NCBI RefSeq assembly: GCF_000181795.1
Contig: NW_003526943.1
Span: forward strand, 6,480,219-6,523,541
DNA from: Trichinella spiralis
Taxonomy: Eukaryota
Direction: 5' to 3'
DNA: 43,323 bases
Shown: piece after piece, positions 26,650 through 40,826 of the stretch
How positions within the stretch are numbered: the first letter of the stretch is position 1
Layout of the letters: every line of letters starts with the position of its first letter
Notes under the pieces: model-generated
Told to the model about the DNA's origin: nothing
Database searches by the model: none
What the model saw: the letters and a program-made list of their open reading frames with translations, nothing else
Made by a program: the position numbers and the translations under genes

Positions 26650-29600
26650 GTTGTAAAGCCTGCGATGAAGTTGCAGTGTCAGCATTTCACTCCATTGCTG
26701 TTCTAAATACCAAAACTAAATCCTCACTATACTTATGATTGAAGTGTATTACAAAAATGTAATGCCAAAAAGTCCTGACTAGCTGACTGCTTACAGAATG
26801 CTCTGAAGAATAGACTGTTATCTATTTCAAGTTGATGGTTGGTGAATTGACTGGATTCTTTTAACCAGAATAACTGTGGAGTGGCGATGAAAAATATGTG
26901 TTGCGAAACCTGCGTCAGAATAATCAAATAATTTCTGTTTTGCAGATCAAAATGCAGACCTCTTTCCATGGTCTCATTGTGCGATTGAAAGAAATTAAAT
27001 GAAATGTTGTGTAAAAAGAAAACATTCCAGTTGACGACTTAGTTCAAGTTTCAGATTTTTTTAACGTTGAAATCAGTTTTACATTGTTGTCTTTAGATTA
27101 AAAAGAATTAACTGAATAATAAAGAATATTTGCACATTCAAAAATTAGTTTTGATCATGAACAGAACTTCTTTGCTTATCATTATATTTTATACCATGCG
27201 TTCTATCTTTATAAACAAGTGAAGCAGGGACATTGCAATTTTCTTATCGTTACTTTGCAGCCATTCAATATTAATGCTTTTGGGATAAATTACAACTAAA
27301 ATTGACGCATTGCTTATCTTGCAGCACATGAAAGTTGCCTGTGCAAAACTTTATAAAAACTCAACCATGATGCACGATTTTAAGTAGATGAAGCACTTTG
27401 GACATTAAGACATTTGCTCAAAATTATGCATTGAAGCAAAATTTTTCATTTCCTAAAAATGAGTTTTTATTTCTGGATCTTTTTGCAGAAAATATTTCAT
27501 GACAGATTGCAACGTGAATCATGATCGCACAGTATCTTAAAATGTCACTAATGACGCTGATAAATCAGAATGATCTTCAGAAACTCTGAAAGCTACAATA
27601 TTTTATTTTTTATTAGAACTTGTTTGGAATAAAACTAAGCAGTAATAAGTAACATTATAACCGTAAGTGGAAAAATAAAGAAGTTTTCGTTCGTTACAAG
27701 AATGAAAAACTTTTTTTGCTGTGGGTGTTTGTTGATATATATAATTTTATAACATGAATAATAATAAAAATAGTAATTTTACATAAAGAAAGCATTTCAG
27801 CTTTTGCCAGATTTTCTTCATAAAAGAGCGACCTTCACAGTTGAAGAACGACGATCCTTCAGTGAAGGCTAATGATCTTTGGCTGATTCAGTTTCACCGT
27901 GTGACCCTTCTTCCAATGTGAGGTTTCCACACATGAATCATTCATGACCTCTAATATATATAATCTCAAAGGGTTTCTTAGCTTGTCATGATAATATATA
28001 ATTGATGACGATGCGTTACACGCATATATATGTATATGTACATGTAAATGTAGATAACAGATATGTATATATGCATTTTTTTATTGTTCATGCTTATTAA
28101 TTTGTAGTTATCTCATTGTAAAGTTTGTGCATAAATAAAAATTTTCAATGAATTCGCATATTTGCTGGAATTTTTAAATGAGTGAGATTAATAGAATGGG
28201 TTAATAAAGTTTCAATAATAATTAAAATGTAAGTAGTGTCTACTCATAATGTAGCAAATTTAAACTGAAATACTTAATTGTCTGTTTGGAACATGAACAA
28301 CAATAAACATTTGTTTTCAGAGATTCCCCATTTGACTTGTTTAACAATTTTTTTAAATACCTGATTATTAATTTAAAAATTCAAATTATAATAAATAAAA
28401 AAATGCAAAAGCCTGAATATTAATTGCAGAATTTCAAATTTGTTGATCAGAAATTAGTTGAGTGTGGTTTTTTCTTACTAAACTAGGCTACGCCACGCTA
28501 AGCCCTACATAGCATTGTATGGCTAATACAGTCTGTCTATTTACATAATTCCGTAGCCAACAACTAAAGCCATAGCAAAACGTATTTTCAGCTTTCTCAA
28601 ACAAAGTAGAATGAAACAAATTTTGCAAGAAAAAAATTATTAAGCCGTACATGCTACAGCTGTTGGCCGTTATATCAATACATACATGAATAAAACACGG
28701 ATTTTCCCATGTAAATCTTTTATGCTAATTATACCACAAAAAAGGTTGTTTGTTTAAGAAAGCATTTTTTGAAAAGGGAATGGGAATGTATTATAAAAAT
28801 AAGATTTGGAAAACGGCTTAACAACACGCATTCTTTGATTCTTTTACTGCTTCAGCAGAAAACAAATCACTTTTGCTTGGTTATTTTCTGGAAATTTTTT
28901 TAGTTTAACCTGAAGTAAATCAGCTTTTATATGAAATAAAACTTATACATTTGAAAAATGTGATTCAAAATTTTTTTTGCATAAAATACAAGTCTGTGTT
29001 TGTAAAAGTGCTTTCAATGAAACTTTTACAAAGAGAAACACCTGCATTTTTCTTGTTAATAGTATGAAATGCACTTTATTTTATGCTTCACGTTTTAACA
29101 AATCAAAAAAGCAATGTAAGTTATAAGAACTAATTGAAATATCATCAATAAGCTGTTTTAACTTAATCTTTTACAATTATGCATATCTATCTGAGTTTAA
29201 CATATTTATTCATTCATTTATTCTCATATCATATTTTAAATTCAAAATTCATATAAATAGTCTTATAAATATTCAGAATTATATGGGAAATTTATTTTAC
29301 TTAAAATATTTACACTCATGCGTAAGAATTATGCATTATGTAGCAGCGGTTGCTGAATTGCATTATTGCTTAAATCTTCAGCAAACTTATTTCACTTAAA
29401 TCAATTTTTCATAAATAACTTTTTTCTTGCTTTTATAATTGTTTTTGAATTGAGATAAAAGAAATTGAGAAAATCATAAAAGAAAGTAAAAGTATTTTAT
29501 TGGATGAATAGATAAATAAAGCTGTATTAAAAAGGTCTTTCAAGATTCTTTTTTATACAACTGAATAAGATTAAACTTTTAAAATTTTTTGTAGTGGAAG

Positions 29601-32600
29601 TAATTTTGAAATTGCATTTATCTTCACTTGAGGATGAATATATTGTTTTAGATTGTTCAGTAAAAAGTGTTTTCAGAAATGGCAACTCCCATAAGTTTGT
29701 GCAAAATATCAAAAATGTTCATATAAACAGAATTTATTTTATTTTAAGTTATTAAAATAATTTTGCAAGTTAAAATTTATTTACCAGAATGAATTCGTTT
29801 AAAGCGACCATTTATTATGATATCTCAATATCCTTAGCTGTGTGTTTTATCCAGAATATTTTAAATATTCTTTTCAAAAAGCGCCGCTAGTTGATTAGGC
29901 TCATTGTTATTAGAATGGAAAAATTGGCGCCAAATGAACCGGACCAACTGAGTTGAGGTCATCAGATCACCGTTGACACTAGGCACTAACTGAGGGATCA
30001 CCTCACTATTCTGACCTTAAGCCTCTCTTTACCTCTTTGGGTCAATGATGAAAATCGATTAATCATCCTCTTGGTCAGGGTCTTTGGGATTTTGTATATT
30101 TTTTTCCTTTTTTATTTTTAAACAGACCACAAATGTGTCAAGAGATGCTTGTTCTACCACACCAATGCACAAGTCCTGGCTTGACACTCTCGACGCTGAT
30201 ATTGGCCAATTGGCTTTGAGATTGTTTGTTTTTGAAATGAACCCAAACTCTATTCGCTATGGGACCGTGTTACTAAGCCGCCCACATCCTATTGGTCAAA
30301 CGTGGCCAATTCAGGGTCGAACAGCTAATCCGCATCACTGTTCAACTCATCAACTTTGATTCCATCCAAGCACAACCATCTTGAAATATTTCTCTCTTTC
30401 TCTCTCCGTCGGTTATTCTTTTCTTTCAGGTGTAAGTAATTTTTCTTTTATTTTATTATAAGATGTTTCTTTTGTTGAGCAAGTGTTCTTTTCATTGCAA
30501 CATATTATGTTACATTGCATTCATTAACTAATTTTTCTTCTTTTACTTGTTACATTCTTTTATAATAATTTAATCACTTTTTTACTTTTTATTTTTGAAG
30601 ATTTATCTAATAACTTATTAATATTAGTGCATTATTTATGTTAAGACAAACTTAAAATATGAATTAAAAAATACCTCTTCATAACAAGATTAGAAAAATG
30701 GTTTCTTTTGTGAAAAGCATATTAAACACTATTCTTTGACAGTATTGATCTGCTTAATATAGTTTTATTAAAAATTAAAGTAATAATATTAGTCTGATAT
30801 TCAAAGCATAAATAATGATAAAACTGAAATTGAGTTGCGTGAATATGATGCATAAACCGTAAGGAAATAATCTTCCCCGTATAATATGAATTAATTATTC
30901 ATATTATTATTTCAGTTATTCATATTATGTAATTTCTGATTTTTTAAGTTTTTTTAAGTTTATAGTTTTATTGGATTTAACTTAAAAGTAAAGATTTCAG
31001 TTGTTAATACGTGTTACTAAATTTACATTAACATTGTACATAATCAAGAATTAAACACTTTGCCATGATTAAGAGCCAATTTAAAATGACGATATTTTAC
31101 TTGAGAGAATAGATAAGATTAAATAATAATTATTATTTTTTCATAATTTATATATAGTGACTTATAAATTATAATAATTTCAAAAATAGGAAGAGTGTAG
31201 AATTTTTCAGATACTGCAAAAGCACGAAAAATAACGGCTTTTTTCAAAATGCTTCTTAAGCAACAGTAATATTATTTAAGCAGACAATCATAAATAGTGA
31301 TTATTCTACTTCTGGAAAACATTCAGAGAGAACACTTTATAAATGGCCATGACCTAATATTTATGCAAGAGCTTGTTTCTAAATGGGACGTCTAAAGTGA
31401 GTAGGTGCTAAGATGTGGAGCTGAAGTCAATTAAGATCACTTAAGATTAGAAACTCAAAAACTTCAGCTATTACTCTTGTTTTGAAATTCCATCATTTCT
31501 GTTTATTATATGCATTGAAAATGGAATGCACTTTTACTTATCAAACCGTTTCGCAAAATTCAACGAATATTAGAATTCAACATTATTATTATATGCTTTA
31601 AACAGCTCATTCATTGCATGTCGCTGCGTCGAATTTCTGGATTGCTTTCTCAATTGCATGACAATCAATAATTTTTTGATATAGAATTTATAATTTCAAT
31701 GAAATTTCATTTCAGCATTTTAGAAAATGGCATATTGTTTGCTAATTTAAAACAGTAGCAGATTGTTTAAAATGCTGATATTTAGTCCATTAATATTAAA
31801 AGTTCTTGCATTTAATGTTTGCTTAAAAAATGTTAGAAAATATGGTATAAAATGGACATATTGATTTGATGTTTTTGTTAAATTTGAAATTGAAATTTGG
31901 CTAATAATCTTTTCATTGATACAAATTAATGTTTCTCATCTTCAATTTATAAAATAGAAGTGTAAGAATGGCTGCTTTTTTAATTTATATAGGCATTTAT
32001 TATATAGCCATTATTCTGAAAGAAAGTTTACTATTCTGCATTTTATTTTTAAAATGAATAAAAACTTTTAATATTGTACATATTTCTATTGTCAGTCTAC
32101 AAATAAAGGATTTTGTTGCATCGACAGGACATTGTTATAAAAGCAAGTTATTTAAAATTGCCGGTGTTTTTTGAGATTTTCCAACAGCATAAATGCGATC
32201 GTTTTTTAGGTCATACTTCCGGCAAATGTTTTATAATAAAAACAAAATAAAAACGTTGATGCATTCACAATTTTCCACCTTATCGCGTAGGCCGCTAGTG
32301 TGCGCGCGAGAAGTTAGCAAACTGTTTGACAACAAACCTCCGGAAGCTAATTACAAGGTCGGTTAATTTCTTTTACGAGAATCATGCGCGGAAGCAGGCT
32401 CAGGCAGGTGATCGGCAACGGATCGAAAATCTATGATTTTTAACAAAGTGCAGACCAATGTCCAGTCCATTGATCGTTAGGCCAATTCCGGTCACCAGTC
32501 GACCAGTCAGGTGCTAACTGGGCAATCGATGCATGCTTTTTAGCCTAACTAGCCGGTCATAGCCACTCGACCAAAAGCTTGCAGACTGGTCATCCCATTA

Positions 32601-34423
32601 CTATAAGGTTGTCGAATTTGAAGTGCCCACTTGGTTTGCAGACTGAAGGCCTCCGTCTCTGGCTAGTGTACCATTACATTTCTTTGCGATTACACTTTTC
32701 TAAAAACATCAATAGCTCATCAACACATCATCACTTTGCAGGTCATTTTGCAATGTGGAGCATTATATCCGCCTTATCTGCTAGCCCAATTGATCTTCTT
32801 CGATGCTGAAACTGTTCTTCCTAGGGTGGTATCATTTTCCCTCCAATTCTAAGACAGTGTCGGCTAAATTGATTTCTTTTGCTCAGTTCTCATTCATCTT
32901 CTTAAAGCCGGATATTTACAAGCAAATTCAAAATGAACAAACAAATTTGCTTTAGTTTAAAATTGCCATTTCACTTTTCGATCAGTGAAACTCGTTGAAT
33001 CCTGTTTTCATATAAAAATAGCTCCATAATTAGTATCATTTTATGAGGCTCTCTCAAAGTTTAGCAACCAATGAAATAAAATGTTTGTAAGTATTTTACT
33101 CGAATCTGGAACAGACTAGAATATTCAGTCAAGTTTCAAAAATTAAAATTTTAAAATTCATACAATTCATTTTCTATAAAATTTAATCTTCCTTTTAAAT
33201 TTTCATTTAGTGTACATTTACTTTTGAAAATTATTTCTAGGTAATATTTATTAACTTTAACTGTACTATTTATAAACCACATCTAGTTAAACTGTTAAGC
33301 TCTAAGAAGCGCATAACAGCCTATTGTTAAAATTCTATGATATAATACAGCGTTATAAAATTATATCATTCATTTGCTTAGTATTTTAATGGCATATTCA
33401 GTGGTAAAATCATTTGATAAAAATTAAATATTAATGCAGATGATGTGCCATACAACTTATCAACATGAACTTTTGTTTTTATTTTCAATATTTTAGCAGT
33501 AATTTATATTTAAATAATAAGGTTCAGTTCAGCAATCTTTTGAGAAAATTCAATGCGTGTTGAAAGGTTTCACATAAATTAAAAATTAATAAAAGAATCT
33601 CTTAACAATTTAGATTTATTACCTTTTTTGAGAATGGGAATATATAAATACTTGAGCTTATTGAAAATGTATTTTTGAGGTAAAATTTAATTTCGGCTGC
33701 ATTACTTCTGAGACATTTATTAATGCATTATTAGGACCCAGTATAGTGAGCTGTTGCAATCCATTGTTTACTTTTTGTTATGCAATGCAGTGAAATCAAT
33801 ACTTCGAGAAAAAAGTAGAAATATAAGTGCAGCAAAAACAATGGACTGGCAAGGTCTTGGGTCAGTGCACTTCAGAATCAGTGAAGGAGAACAGATAGCT
33901 ACAATTAAAGCGACAGCGCGTGGACAAGCTATCAGTTGCTTCTGTACTGCGCAGCTGTGCAGTGCTTGTCCGCCAGAAAATTTCCGTATGCTACCTTTTC
34001 CCTGGGGTCGTTATAATTTCCTTTCTTATAACTACGTAAGATTCAACTTCATCTCGTCAGTTATGCTTTTGGTTTTATTCCAATAGTTAAGGCTGCGCTG
34101 ATAGTGAATTATTTGGAAAAGCTGGTTAAAACGTACGTCCTGATTGACGTTTCATCGCCTCTTTTCGGCAAGTAAATATTCCAAGCTATTAAGTTAATAT
34201 AGGAACTACGCAAAATCATCGATTCGAAGCAAGTGACCGGAAAGCTGGGCTTTCACTGGTGTTCTCTTGTTCCCGGAGGCGGTCGGACCCGCAGCACCAG
34301 TGGTTGACATTGACCACTGGCCTTTTTCGGCCAGCCTATTAGCGATGCTCTTTTAGACTCGACTGACTCTAGAGTACTTTTTGTCCTTTGTTATTTACAA
34401 CTTTCCAATTTTAGACCAAACTG

Positions 34424-37400
34424 ATGGAAATGGCCACGTTGAGCCTAATGCTTGTTCACGCCTTCCTCTGCTATTTGCTGGTTGTCCAAAGTGGAGCAAC
34501 GAAATTTCGAAGATCTCCTTGTGCATATGGTGATGATCTTCAAATGAAAAATTTGCAAAATTGTTTAGAATCGGTGAGAAATAAAGCAGCCGATGCATCT
34601 ATTTATTGGTTTGGTGATCGAATGAAAGCTGCATGTTCCGGTTCTATTTTGCACAACTCTCCCGCGAAAGTAAAATAAATGCATTCCAAATATTTTCATT
34701 CCACATTTCGTATTTTAAATGTTTGTATTATATAGATCAATTGTTACAATCCACCCACATTACGTCCATATGAAAGCATCTTTAGTCGACTATTCCGCAT
34801 AACCACTTTTCATCCAGCTTATTTGCAAAATTTGAAAATTTTCCCACAGATGACATTTTTTTCTGAACCAGGTAAGCAAACTTAAGCCTATAAAGAGAAG
34901 GAGGTGTAAGAGCGATTTTACTTAACAGATTTGGATGATTAATTTGAAATAGACTTCACTTTGTTAGCAGCTAATTTGCACTGGTTAGTCAATGTCCGCT
35001 CATGCGTATTTCCCATGAGATTTGATCACAAACTTGAAAATTGAGTTTCAGCAATGCTATTTATTATGCATTTGGCGAAAATTTCTGGGCTAAATTTTAA
35101 ACTGCATATTAAATTTTATCCAAAATTTGAGTCTGCAAATTAATCAGCAGTGAGCTATTTATGAAAGTTTAAAAGAAACTAACAACAAGAAAGCGTAGTG
35201 AAAATAAATAAATTTCTTTCTTTGCCTTGACTTTAAATTCCTCTGACATTATAAAGTTATAAAAACTTTTTTTTAAGTTTCATTAATAAATATTATTCAA
35301 AATAAAAATTTATATCAGTTTAAAGCAGGAAATTTTAATTTCAAGTGCAACATTATTTTCCAAAATTATAACCATCGTTGTATAATATCGTGACATGTTC
35401 GAGGTTTTGTTTGATAAACTCTGCTTCATGTTCAGCTAATTGTCGCGTTGAAAGCGGCTGTTGACAACAACAAGTCGTCAATAAAGTCATTTCACAACTG
35501 CTGGATTGAAACCAATTTTAGAAAAGCTGCTGCTAACGGAACGTTCTATTCAGTCAATCACTGCCTTCAACATATTAAATTAAAAAATTAATAAAATAAT
35601 AATGCGAACATATAATTCAACATTTTATGTTTCAAAAAGTTCAAATTCTATAAAATAAATTATCACATAAATAACTGAACAAATGTTTAAAATATCAGCA
35701 TAATTTGCTTCATTTAATGTGCAATAAGTGAGAACAATTTTTAGCTTAGCTAAGCTGTTAAAAATTAAAAAGACTAAATGGAAAATATTGATTAGAATTG
35801 TTATTCACTAGATTCAGAAAACAGTGTTGTATTAAAGCGACCAATTCTGATATTCTTCATATTTGACGAGCACAATAACACTTGTGATCAAGTTTCCATT
35901 CCAATGCCGGCAACGTTTCGTGGCGGTATATTTGCTTAGGCTTTACAAACAGCTCGACGAACAATACAGGCACTTCCTGGTTAAACGCAAACGTAAAGTG
36001 ATGTTGATGAAATGATTTTTTTATTCACAAAATGTTTACAAAATTACATTTTCTTATGTTTTAATGCTGATTTGTTAGTCGAATATAAATTGTAAAAGCC
36101 ACTGAAACATAGAATGTACATTAGTAAAGGTAATGAGAAGCTCATTGCAAATTACTTCCATTTAGATATCTATCTGATTAATACTTTATGAATTAATTTT
36201 AAAAAATGGCAAATAATTATTTCTTCTTCATTTTAAATGTTTTTATAGAATAAATTCCAAAAGTGAATTTATGATTGGTAAATTTAACTGCTAACATAGA
36301 AGGCTAATTATAGCTATTGTTGCTATTTTTTACTGATAGGATAAAGGATGACACTTCATAGTGATTCATTTATAAAAGAATGATTAGAGCAGTGTCGATT
36401 TGGTTGGTATTTTAATTAAGGGGAGGAAAATCTTCAAGAAAACAGTGTTAGCTTGTTTTTATAAGCTTTATGCAGAATGTCATGATCAGATTGCGCAAAA
36501 ATATGACCTAGCTTTATAATTTTTAAATTTTCGCCTTCGCATGCAATCTGTCGGCTGTGTTTAAGATAAAACTGATGTGAAGCTTTGCCGGAATTCTGAT
36601 CACATATGGTCCCTTGATATATCCCAAGAGTACACTTCTGCATGACCAAAATGATAACGCTCCACTAGCCAAACGGGATTTCAGATTATTGCATCTGTTG
36701 TGCTTCCTGAATTGAAATTCAATTTCTTGTCAATCACTAACAGCGGGCTAGCAGGGCCCCTGTTTCGGTACAAAGATGGAAGATAGCTTTCTTTTAGATA
36801 ACAGATAAAGCCCACGCTGAGTCTGTGTCGGTCATGTTTTCATGAACACAATAGACAATGTATCTTTATTTAAAGCGGCTTATTCCGCCAAATCAACCAC
36901 TCACTTGCAAATGTTTTCGAAACAAAAAATCCAATCATACACGGTGATGTGAAATTGTCCGTCTTACTTTAAATTGTGACAAGGAATAAATCAGGCGAAC
37001 AAATAGTACAGCACTTACAATATTCATATTCATGAAACTTATCAAATTAAAAATATTTTGATTCTTCACTGCATACGTTATTTGGTAAAATAAACTTTTT
37101 TACTGATGCTATTAGCATCTTTCAATATTTGCACAGTTCAACATTTGCTTACAACAAACTGTTGCATACTAGAAAAAGCTTTAAATGTTGTGACAATTAT
37201 AATAATTCAATTTAAAATTTAGAGTAAAATAATTTAGTAGCTGTTTTTAAATTTTCATTGGAAGAATATTAAAGTGCTATGCTGACATTTTGTTTGTTTA
37301 CCTGCTTTTCTTTATTTTCTTCATCAGCATGCACTGCAGTTGGATTCATTTATTTGATGAAATATAAAAACAATTTTAAATAAAAGTTTTTGGTGGTGAA

Positions 37401-40400
37401 TTTTTGCGCTAGATTAATGTTTTTGGCAAATCATTCAGCAGTTCTCATTCTTTTTTAGTTTTATTAAAAATATGTTTTGCTAGTTTGAGAAATAATTGAT
37501 TTTATTGAAAAATTTTTTTAATAAATAATTTTTTAATAAGTAAAATTATCACTTAAATTATCATTTTACATTGTCATTTCCTTGACATTCGCTCGACTTT
37601 TAGCGGACAGTTTTGAAAGTTATATTTTGTTTCAGTGCTAACATTTGAATTGCATACTGTTATAGAATAAGTATTAAAGAAACTATAGTAGTTTACTAAA
37701 TTAGGTGCAAGGTTAATTGGATTTTAGAAAGAACAACAAGCAAAAGTAATGTAGCAATAAAAATGTCGACATTTGACAATGTGAGTTCACAATAACATGC
37801 CATTTATTTTCTGATTTTCACACTACGGTTGCAATTGCAATTTTTTTCATGTAAAATATCTGCTTTTATTAATATTTTTAATATATTGGTGACAAATGAA
37901 AGCAATAAATTAATAATAAAAGATTTGTCAGTTCAAAAAAGCGAGACCACATTGTCACTTCTTCGTATTTAATGGGCCTGATAAGCATCACAAAAATGAG
38001 AAAGCTGAATCATTGTAGCGCACTGACATTGTCCTAATTTGATTGCTCTGACCACGGTCATCATGACAAGATCAAACTGACCATTGGCTATTTTTGATGA
38101 ATCTTTCTTATCGCAGTACACGGCTACAATCAGCAAACATTCTCAGCACGCTTCAGTAGCACCAGTTTTGACAAAACATTGCCTCTTGAATTTGGTGTTG
38201 CAGAAGGTCAGTCGATAAATAATAGATTTTGTTAGCTTTTTCATCGACCTGAAAATTGTAAAACTGTATAAAGCTGTGTTAAAATTATCTTGGAAAGTAT
38301 TGTTCGCTATGCTATTCTATTCAGGCTAACCAGATAAGAAGCTGTTATAATAGTCCCTGATATGAAAAAAGATATTTTTCTTTTTCAAAATATCTAATAT
38401 TGAATACTACTAAATTTCTCCTGTCTTATTTTTATTGCACAGCGATATATAAATGTAAATATTAAGAGTGCTGTTCTTTCATTGCACAAGTCGCTAAGGA
38501 AATCAATAAAACGATATATTATACATATGCATAATATATTATAGGTACATGCATGCATTTATAAAAACATATAGGGTTTCAGAGGGAACAATGAAAGCAA
38601 TTCGTGTGTATTGGAAAATTAAGTTTAATTTTAAAAATGGAAACTCAGTCAAGAAGACTATTCATATTAATTAATCATTTCTTGAGCACTTGACACTGTG
38701 AAAGATTAGCAGAAGAGGTCGATTTTAATCTCACTGTTCGCATGTGAAATCGGCTTCTTAAATTATAAACAGAAATAAAAAGAAACTAAAAGTTGTCAAA
38801 TTTAGTTTAATAAGTAAAAAGAATATTATCTGATAAAAGCTTTTTTAACAATTTTCAAGAAATTATTAAATATAATTTATTAATCACATATATTCTAGTT
38901 TTAGACAATAAACACTATGGATTTCAGTGCATCAGTGTTTTCTTATTATAATGTTAAATATAAATTAAGGAGAATATGAAGCCTGCGACCATATTTTTGT
39001 CTTTTCAAAGTCAGAAACTGTTCATGCCCATCCTGGTATGCAACCGGCAAAGCCTTGGCAAGTGCGTCATGTTCCAGTGATAACTTGGTCAAGCATGGCA
39101 ACACATTCATATCAGACTGTGCTGATGGTCGATGTTGGTTCAGGACGTCTTCAATATCTTGCTTATAATTATCCGAAAGACACTGTGGTAATTTGTTGAT
39201 GTAATAATGTTTAATTCAAAATACTTCATAACATAATGTTAACAGGTTTTAAAAGAATATGAAGTACCGCTAAATAGTCGAGATTCACCAAATCCCATCG
39301 CTTTGTTAGTTTTTGAGCAAAACAGTGGCAGGCGCTTGACGTTGAATATTGACTACAGCTTTGACGAGGATTCTCTTTTTGATGTGCAAAGATTTATTAT
39401 TGACAATGAATTTCATGAAAGTAAGCTGAAAGTTTCTTTTGCAAAAAGCATGAAATTTATATAAAAATATTTAGATAAAAAGATACATATAAATTATGAA
39501 AAGAAATTTAGATTACAATAAATTAAGGAAACTTTGATATATGACTTCATATATGCATTATCATCCTACGCTAATTATTTTCTTCTTGTCTGACAGAATT
39601 AATTGGCCTCAATTGGATAGACATTGAAAATGACGCTTTTTCAATTGAAGCAATTCGTCGAAGCGGAATTTCTGATAATTGTCCATCGCTTTTACGTCAA
39701 AGTAATCATAAAATATTTATGCATATTTCTGAATTTTAAGCACAAATATTATTTGCAACAGAAATGTTACATCGAACTGACAGTGTACGACCTGAATTCT
39801 TGCCTCCATCATTGTTAGCTACTGTAGATACTTGGTTGACTGTCACCTTTCATTCGCCGTTGATTCACTTTTCTGTATGTTGCAAAGAATTTGTTTTTGA
39901 GTAAGTTTATCATTTTATTTGCACAGCTTTAGTTATCACAAACTGTAACTGTATTTTATTTTAGCTCAGCGGATATCAAGCTTGATCCGCTTGGTGATTC
40001 AGAAATTGATCCAGTTTATTTAAGACAGTCACCATCAATTTCTGTTTCGAATTATTTTCTCAACACTGCTTTATCTCATCTTCATTACCACAGTCCTTAT
40101 GATTATTCAAGTAAAACTGCTATACAAACGTGATATGGAATTACATTTTTTTCCCTCTATTCAGATCCAGATGATGCACCACTTTATACATTGCTCATGC
40201 TCGATGTTGATGCATCAGATAAAATGGGTTCAGTCTCAAGACCTTACGTCATTTGGTTGGTTACTAATTTTGCTATCAGCAGCCATTTGAATAACGCACT
40301 TACCGGTTCAATGGAGACAACAGTTTTCTCTTATTCAAGACCACTCCCAGTTGGAAAGAAACTGCACCGATATTATTTTTTGCTTTTTCAGCAAAACGAC

Positions 40401-40826
40401 GGATCAATAACTCACATTAAGCCAGAACTGTATAGTTCTGAATCATGTCCTACTGAATATAATGGACGGTAAGAAGTTTACATTTACTAATTTTTGTAAT
40501 CATTTTGTGTATTCATTATTGCATTTAGATGCTTTTTTGATGTACGTGAATTTATGGCACATCATTCACTTACATTAAAGGGAGTCAGCTGGATGCGCTC
40601 TAAGGAAGATGAATACGTGAAATATGAATACTTGAGTCGAGAGCCACATTCTGATTCTGTCTGTGGTGTAGAAAATATGAATTGCATACCACGGGCATCC
40701 CAGTATAGCTCGAGTTCAATATTTGTAATTTCTAGCTCAACAAGTTTATTCTCTTTTTACGCTACATGGCCTACAAGTCTTTGGCTTTTGTACTGGGCAT
40801 TTAATAGGTGGTTTAGCAAATGCTGA
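34424..40826 (+). CDS. Secreted/surface tandem PEBP-like (OV-16 / C. elegans C56G2.4-like) protein. Firm 3' exons: 38117-38206, 38970-39187, 39246-39420, 39597-39701, 39762-39900, 39965-40110, 40165-40468, 40529-40826. Probable 5' exons: 34424-34669, 34736-34871, 34953-35005, ~35796-35925
   Basis: The phase-consistent 3' exons encode two PEBP-like units: PVITW..YQTVLMVDVG..LAYNYP..PIALLVFEQ..FDVQRF..LIGLNW and LYTLLMLDVD..YVIWLVTN..YSRPLP..HRYYFLLFQQ..FDVREFM..LKGVSW. A signal peptide follows the ATG at 34424, and the tail is Ser-rich then hydrophobic. Linkage of the 5' exons to the 3' block is inferred. Confidence 0.75.

Noticed and set aside
37728..37780. Possible extra PEBP-gene exon (ERTTSKSNVAIKMSTFDN), and another near 35436-35552
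   Set aside because: The first ends in phase 0 while the 38117 exon needs phase 1, and the second has only weak donors. Both were left out of the model pending cDNA.
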